The notes under the pieces: model-generated
The model's database searches: none
The model's input: only the letters and a program-made list of their open reading frames with translations
What the model was told of the DNA's origin: nothing
Part shown: in pieces, positions 58,836 through 64,000 of the stretch
How positions within the stretch are numbered: the first letter of the stretch is position 1
Layout of the letters: every line of letters begins with the position of its first letter
Translations under genes and position numbers: made by a program
Origin: an uncultured Chloroflexia bacterium
GTDB lineage: Bacteria > Chloroflexota > Limnocylindria > Limnocylindrales > CSP1-4
DNA: 64,000 nt
Direction: 5' to 3'
NCBI GenBank assembly: GCA_963752475.1
Contig: CAVVYR010000005.1
Span: forward strand, 1 to 64,000

Positions 58836-59419
58836 CTGCGCTCCTCTCCGATCATGCCGTGGCCCGCGTCACTCTAACGGGTGGTCGTCGCCCGAATCGC
58901 CTGGCCCGAGATCTCCGCGCTCGTTCTGGCTCATACAAGAGCGTGCCCTTCGCGGTCGCCTTCGGCGAAGACCTCTCGACGGCGCGATCACTCGTGCCGA
59001 GGCTGTCACTGCGCTTGAGGCGGTCCACGACGGCCCGAGCCGGTCTAATACATCCACGCCCTGGGTGGTGACAGGGCAGCGAAGAGGGTCCTCGGCACTC
59101 GCCTCGCCGCCGACATCAAGCTGGGCACGCCGGAGGTGATCCTCTACGAGGGCGGCCCGGCCGAGGACCGAGCCGGATCGGCCGGCCGGTCATCAGGATC
59201 AATGGAAGCAACGGATGGAAGCAGCGCCGGCGGACACTGACGGACGATCGGCCCCACCATTCCCCTGATCCGAGCGCGAGTGCGGTCAGCGGCCTCCGGC
59301 TGGAGACCAGCATGTGCGTTTCGAGCGTAGTTGGCCCCTCCGCTACCGCCGACTCGGCGCGCTGTGTACCGTGTCCACGCACGAACCCTCGTCGGGGCGT
59401 AGCGCACATGCCGCATACG

Positions 59420-59488
59420 ACATCCGTACGGCTTCCCGAACATCCGTACGACGCCTCGCTTGACGCCACCCTGACCGCCCCGTAGACC
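59420..59488 (+). promoter_or_regulatory. Sigma70 promoter with upstream 11-bp direct repeats
   Basis: ACATCCGTACG at 59420 and 59440; TTGACG-N17-TAGACC (59460-59488). Confidence 0.6.
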
Positions 59489-59536
59489 GGAGACGTGCAC
59501 GGACGTCCTCCCCTCCTCCATCCGCGTCGGGCCGGG
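59476..59536. repeat. Dispersed ~60-bp element, copy B
   Basis: CGTGCACGG.CGTCCTCCCCTCCT.CATCCGCGTCGGGCCGGG shared with 50049-50110. Confidence 0.8.
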
Positions 59537-59571
59537 ACGGTGCGCCGAGCCCGGCCGACGCGCCTTCGCCG

Positions 59572-59697
59572 ATGAGCCCGCTCGAGTTCGTCCTCTTCGG
59601 CGTCGCCTGCTACCTCTTCGGCCTCGTCACCGGTGCCGTCGTCATCCCCTGGCTCGTGGACCGGGGCCTCTTCCCGGTCCGCCGGCATGGGCGATGA
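59572..59697 (+). CDS. Small single-TM phage protein
   Basis: MSPLEFVLFGVACYLFGLVTGAVVIPWLVDRG...; overlaps the next gene. Confidence 0.5.
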   Translation: MSPLEFVLFGVACYLFGLVTGAVVIPWLVDRGLFPVRRHGR

Positions 59698-59887
59698 CCG
59701 TGATCCACCGTCGGAGTACCGCTGGGCTCGCGGGGTCTCGGCGGTCCTGCTCATCGCGGTGGTCGTCCTCGTCGTGGTCCTCGACGTCATCGTCGAGGGC
59801 TATGACGTGAGCCCGCCGGTGCTCGTGCCGCTGCTCCTGACCGCGGCTGGGCTGCTCTCGGTCGACCTGCCGAGGGTGCGCGGCTGA
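59687..59887 (+). CDS. Small two-TM phage protein (holin-like)
   Basis: Two hydrophobic helices; TGATG coupling to the HNH gene. Confidence 0.55.
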   Translation: MGDDRDPPSEYRWARGVSAVLLIAVVVLVVVLDVIVEGYDVSPPVLVPLLLTAAGLLSVDLPRVRG

Positions 59888-60471
59888 TGGCGACGTTCGA
59901 GCGGACCGGACCCCTACGGCTCGAGCGACAGCTCGACGGCTCGGCCACCGGGGCGTTCCTCGGGCGCTTCGCCCACCTGGTCGAGGTGGGTCCCGCCTGC
60001 TGGGTATGGACCGGCTCTCGCACGCGCTACCGCGAAGGCGAAGGGTATGGCCGTGTGAGCATCCGTGGGCGGATGGTGCTCGCTCACCGAGCCATCTACG
60101 AGGCCCTCGTGGGCCCCATCCCCGCGGGCCTGCAGATCGACAACCTCTGCCGCAACCGGCTCTGCGTCCGACCGGACCACCTCGAGCCCGTCACACCAGC
60201 CGAGAACATGCGGCGGCGAGTGGCCGCCAACGGACCGGCCACGCACTGCAAGCGCGGCCACTCCCTCGCGGACGCGTACCCACGGGGATCGTCGCGCCGA
60301 TGTCGGACCTGCGCCCGCGCGGCCTGGCAGCGGGCGAACGCGAAGCAGGCGGCATCGCGCGAGCCCCGCAGCACGTGTCGCAACGGCCTCCACCCGTACA
60401 CGGCCGGTGGCTGTCCCGAATGCAGTCGTGCCCGCTCGCTCCGCTGGTGGCGCCGCCAGCAGGCGGCCTGA
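59887..60471 (+). CDS. HNH endonuclease (phage type)
   Basis: CWVWTG, GYG, AHR..YE...GPIP, LCRNRLCVRPDHLEPVT..EN and THCKRGH; the usual DHLC reads DNLC. Confidence 0.88.
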   Translation: MATFERTGPLRLERQLDGSATGAFLGRFAHLVEVGPACWVWTGSRTRYREGEGYGRVSIRGRMVLAHRAIYEALVGPIPAGLQIDNLCRNRLCVRPDHLEPVTPAENMRRRVAANGPATHCKRGHSLADAYPRGSSRRCRTCARAAWQRANAKQAASREPRSTCRNGLHPYTAGGCPECSRARSLRWWRRQQAA

Positions 60472-61277
60472 TGGTCCGACTCGTCACCCAGCTGACCGGT
60501 GCGGGGACCGCCTCGTTCGACTGCGGGCCGGCCACGACGGCGATGGCCGCCGACCGGGCCTCGGCTGGCCGGCTACGGCCCTCGATCCGGGTCGTGCGGA
60601 GGAAGATGGGTGTGCCCAGCGGACCGACGAACCCGCGGGACTGGAAACGTGCCCTCGACGGCCTCGAGCGGGCCATGGCGCGCAAGGGCCTCCGGCCCAT
60701 CCCCAGCCGCGTCGTCGTCGGGGGCCAGCTGTCGGACCTCCACGAGCTGCTGACCGAGAAGCGCCGCGGCGTGCTCCTCGCCATCGACTACGGCACCGTC
60801 GCACGCCTGGCACCGCGCCGCTGGTCGAGCACGAGCTACCGGGGCAACCACGCCGTCCTCGTCTCCGGCAGCCGCGAACGCGACGGTCGCGATGAGGTCC
60901 TGGTGTTCGACCCGCTCGCGGACGGACGCACCATCGGCGGCAAGCGCATGGTGCGTGGCCCCCGTTGGTGGCCGTGGTCACTCGTCGGGGCCGCGGCGGC
61001 GAACGTCAAGGACGGCGACGGAGAGCGCATCTACCCGGGGCGTGACCGCTGGCTCGGCGTCGTCGTCCGGCGCGCCGCGTCAGCGGAGCGGCCCGAGCCG
61101 CCCGACACCGAGCCGGAGCCGGAGGAGCCCCCGACGTCCGATGACCGGCTCGCCGATGCCCTCGATGCGCTCGAACGACAGATCGAGGGCCTCCAGGATG
61201 CCTACGAGCTCGTCCGCGCGGCCGCGGGTGAGGACAGTGCCAGCATCGGCGAGCCCGCCGACGGGGTGCGGCCATGA
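60471..61277 (+). CDS. C39-like papain-fold peptidase, possible endolysin
   Basis: TQL...DCGPA (Gln/Cys), NHAV (His) and VFDPL (Asp); lies between membrane genes. Confidence 0.65.
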   Translation: MVRLVTQLTGAGTASFDCGPATTAMAADRASAGRLRPSIRVVRRKMGVPSGPTNPRDWKRALDGLERAMARKGLRPIPSRVVVGGQLSDLHELLTEKRRGVLLAIDYGTVARLAPRRWSSTSYRGNHAVLVSGSRERDGRDEVLVFDPLADGRTIGGKRMVRGPRWWPWSLVGAAAANVKDGDGERIYPGRDRWLGVVVRRAASAERPEPPDTEPEPEEPPTSDDRLADALDALERQIEGLQDAYELVRAAAGEDSASIGEPADGVRP

Positions 61278-61549
61278 CCCAAGCTGAGGCACCACCGCGC
61301 GAGGAGTCGACGTTCCGCTGGCTGTGGCGCTTCGGCCTGGTGCGGTCTGTCCTGGCCATCGGCTTCATCGGCGTGACCCTCATCCAGGCCGCGCTCGAAC
61401 AGCTGCCCGACCCCTCCGAGCAGCAATGGAACCTCGCCGAGCTCGCCTTCGTCTTCTACTTCGCCACCGCGGCCGCACAAGGCATCGCCGCGCAGACCGC
61501 GGCGCAGGTGTCCGGCTCGACCGAGCGTCGGGATGGCGGCTCGGGCTGA
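61274..61549 (+). CDS. Holin-like membrane protein
   Basis: Two TM helices with a FYF motif; coupled to the peptidase. Confidence 0.5.
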   Translation: MTQAEAPPREESTFRWLWRFGLVRSVLAIGFIGVTLIQAALEQLPDPSEQQWNLAELAFVFYFATAAAQGIAAQTAAQVSGSTERRDGGSG

Positions 61550-61555
61550 GCATGG

Positions 61556-61936
61556 ATGACCCGCTCCCGCGTCTGCGCCTGTCGAGGCTGCGAGGCCCAC
61601 ACCGGCGCCTGCGGCTGGCCCACGACGAACGAGCGCCGTTGCGACCGCTGCGGCCGCCCGGGCTTCGCGAACCGCTTCCGCCGCACACCCGACCACCCGG
61701 TGCGGCGGACGTCCGCCTGGCGACGGCTGGCGAAGCGGACGGTCGAGGCCCACGTCGCGGTCCACGGCTGGCGCTGTCCCGGCTGGCACCGCGAGCCGCA
61801 CCCGGTGCGACCCGGCGAGCTCGCCGCCGACCATCCGGTGCCGCTCGTCCTCGGGGGCGAGGCGCTGCCGGTTCGTCCCGGCGTCCTCTGCTCGAGCTGC
61901 AACGCGCGCAAGGGGTTGAGCAAGCGGCGGCGCTGA
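61556..61936 (+). CDS. Small HNH endonuclease (packaging-associated type)
   Basis: WRRL...ADHPVPL..GG...LCSSCNARKG. Confidence 0.8.
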   Translation: MTRSRVCACRGCEAHTGACGWPTTNERRCDRCGRPGFANRFRRTPDHPVRRTSAWRRLAKRTVEAHVAVHGWRCPGWHREPHPVRPGELAADHPVPLVLGGEALPVRPGVLCSSCNARKGLSKRRR

Positions 61937-62032
61937 GCGATGGTGCCGGTGATCGGACCGAACGGGTGCACACGGGCCCCCGCGGAGGTGCATGCTACGC
62001 CTGACGCGCCGGACGGCTAGCGGAGGATCGAG

Positions 62033-62896
62033 ATGTCAACACAGCAACCTGTGCCCCGACCAGAGGGCGGACTTGGTCAGCGAACGCTTGTCATCGCTGT
62101 CGTGGTCGCCGCGCTGATGACGAGTGGAGCGAGCGCGCTGGGGCAGTCACCGGCGCCGGGGGATGGCGACACTACAGACGCCTCCACCGCGATCCCCATC
62201 CCCCTCACGTCACTTGGCGACCTGACCTCGCTGGAGGCGACCGCCACCTTGAGCGCCTCGGGCTCACTGATGGGCGAGGAGATGTCCGGTGACCTGACGG
62301 TGCAGCTCGTCGGCGATGAGCAGCAGCAGTACCGCATCGACATCACGGGCGACCTGCTCGGACCGGTCGCAGCCCAGGTCGGCGGCAAGCTGGTGAATCT
62401 CTTCCGGCCGAAGCAAGTCAGCGTCTACGTCGTGGAGGACGGCAACTACGTCGTCGTATCCGGGCTTACCGATCTCTGCATCCAGACGGAGGACACCGAC
62501 GTCACGGAGGCCCTGAGCCAGCTCAGCCCACGGACCCTCATGGCCATCCTGACCGATAGCGACGTGGCCAACGGCATCCCCATCGGGGCCGAGTCCATCG
62601 ACGGCGTCGCAGTCGACCACTACGTCATCGATGGGCCGACCTTCCTGACGGCGGCACAGGAGAGTAGCGACCCCGCCGTACAGACCTTCGGGCAGGCCCT
62701 GCGGAGCGCCGGCGACGCGGACATCTACATCGACACCGAGACGGGCTACCCCGTGCGCTACGAGGGCGCCTTCAGTGGAGCCTATGAGCCCGTTGGCCTC
62801 GACGGCGACTTCAGCGTGCGCATCGACCTGACCCAGGTCGGCACGGACAGCACCGTGACCCTGCCGAAGGCCTGCGCCACGCCCATCTCGATGTAG
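62033..62896 (+). CDS. Secreted LppX/LolA-like beta-sheet protein
   Basis: GGAGG RBS; signal peptide; GAESIDGVAVDHY and IYID..TGYP. Confidence 0.65.
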   Translation: MSTQQPVPRPEGGLGQRTLVIAVVVAALMTSGASALGQSPAPGDGDTTDASTAIPIPLTSLGDLTSLEATATLSASGSLMGEEMSGDLTVQLVGDEQQQYRIDITGDLLGPVAAQVGGKLVNLFRPKQVSVYVVEDGNYVVVSGLTDLCIQTEDTDVTEALSQLSPRTLMAILTDSDVANGIPIGAESIDGVAVDHYVIDGPTFLTAAQESSDPAVQTFGQALRSAGDADIYIDTETGYPVRYEGAFSGAYEPVGLDGDFSVRIDLTQVGTDSTVTLPKACATPISM

Positions 62897-63289
62897 CCGG
62901 GCAGGGTAGGCGTATTCGTCATCCCGCCGGAGGGAGGCAGGGGTAGCCAGCTCGGCCGGGCGTCCTCTGCTCCGACTGCATCGCCTGCAAGGGCCCTGAG
63001 CCAGCGGCGGCGCTGTGCCCTGTGGGTAGCCCGGCGCTGACCCGGGCTACCCACAGGGCGCGGAGATGGGCGCACGGGGACCCCGTAGCGTGTTGCACGC
63101 GCGGCCGAGTTTCGCGGAATTACGCCGAGCGCTGAGCGTCGTCCGAGCGTGGCGGGCCGGCCACGGTTCTCCCACGAGCGCGACGGGGCGCCCACGTGGC
63201 GCGATGCCGGTCGAGGCGGCATCGGTGGCCAGCCCAAGCGAAAGGCCCCGGACGTTCGCCCGGGGCCCGTGGGGCGGCGGCCGGCCGCG

Positions 63290-63529
63290 CTAAGCGGCGT
63301 CGGCCTCCGTTGCGGCCGGGGCCGAGGCCTGGTCAGCCGTGGCGGCCTTCCGCGCCTCGCGCAGGCCCTTGACGTACGCGCGCCAGTGCTCGGTGCACAT
63401 CGTGCCCAGACCGTCCTTGCGGGACGGCTGCTTCGGGAACTCGGCCACCGGTGCCTCGTGCGGCTCGATGCCGAAGCGGGCGCTGCCCGTGCAGCGGCGG
63501 AGTTCGGTCGAGGTCTTCTTCGTGGTCAT
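63290..63529 (-). CDS. Phage-like hypothetical protein
   Basis: Cys/His motifs (RRC...H...C..HW); translationally coupled to neighbouring small genes. Confidence 0.55.
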   Translation of the reverse strand: MTTKKTSTELRRCTGSARFGIEPHEAPVAEFPKQPSRKDGLGTMCTEHWRAYVKGLREARKAATADQASAPAATEADAA

Positions 63530-63786
63530 CAGTGGTCTCCTTCCCATGGTTCGTTGAGGTAGCCGACGATGTCGGGGACCTCGGTTGGCGCGTGCTTGCC
63601 CTCCGCGAACAGGCGATCGGAGACGGCCCGTAGGGCACGGACGGCCTCGGCCATGTCACCGACATCGCCCCAGCGGAGTCCTTCTGGCCACTCGCCGTCG
63701 GCGAGGCGGTCATGGATGCGACCGGCGATCGCGATGGCCTCGAGCAGGAGCTGGTCGAACTCTGGAGTCGCAGACGAGGCGGTCAC
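63529..63786 (-). CDS. Phage-like hypothetical protein
   Basis: WGDVGDMAE motif; overlapping stop/start codons on both sides. Confidence 0.55.
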   Translation of the reverse strand: MTASSATPEFDQLLLEAIAIAGRIHDRLADGEWPEGLRWGDVGDMAEAVRALRAVSDRLFAEGKHAPTEVPDIVGYLNEPWEGDH

Positions 63787-63998
63787 TGGAGTGCGTCCTC
63801 GATCTCGTCGAGCCAACCCTCGAGCGACTGGCCACCGCCCTCGTCGTAGCCGGTGCCCACGCGGTAGGCCTCGATTCGGTCGGTGCTCATGCCGGCGGAG
63901 CGCATCGCGCGCTGGACGCCCGCCCAGGCGTCTTGCCAGTCGCGCCAGGCCTGGCGGGCTTCCTCGAGCGCGTCATAGACCGCGTCGCGGGTGCCCGT
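63783..63998 (-). CDS. Hypothetical protein, 5'-partial
   Basis: Open frame running off the window edge; GTGA overlap with the next gene. Confidence 0.5.
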   Translation of the reverse strand, partial: TGTRDAVYDALEEARQAWRDWQDAWAGVQRAMRSAGMSTDRIEAYRVGTGYDEGGGQSLEGWLDEIEDALQ

Positions 63999-64000
63999 GT

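Overview
A high-GC bacterial window. The gene style (leaderless promoters, ECF sigma/secreted-partner pairs) suggests Chloroflexota or Actinomycetota; this is inference only. There are no core housekeeping operons and no intact rRNA, tRNA or CRISPR array. The left part (1-37.5 kb) is accessory cargo: secreted proteins, four VapBC-type toxin-antitoxin (TA) modules, a USP/cation-transport locus with a membrane-anchored LuxR regulator and repeated TCACCC-N4-GGGTGA boxes, a FecCD/BtuCDF-type ABC importer next to a small secreted His/Cys tandem-repeat peptide, an ECF sigma pair, an alkyl sulfatase and SulP. The right part (37.8-64 kb) looks like a stack of decayed integrative elements and prophage pieces. 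It holds three exact copies of a 16-bp tRNA-Pro 3'-end sequence, a degenerate tRNA-Thr-like 3' half, a large serine recombinase fragment, and four synonymously diverged copies of a ~60-aa stand-alone LuxR-HTH gene, each followed by different cargo (ClC channel, alkyl sulfatase, DUF1269, glutamate decarboxylase cluster). It also holds MTase/terminase remnants, two more TA modules and a phage lysis/HNH module. The best candidate novel system is a tRNA-targeting serine-recombinase element whose att core appears to lie inside the recombinase 3' end, with the orphan tail coupled to a mini-LuxR gene. All product calls are by motif recognition only, without database searches.
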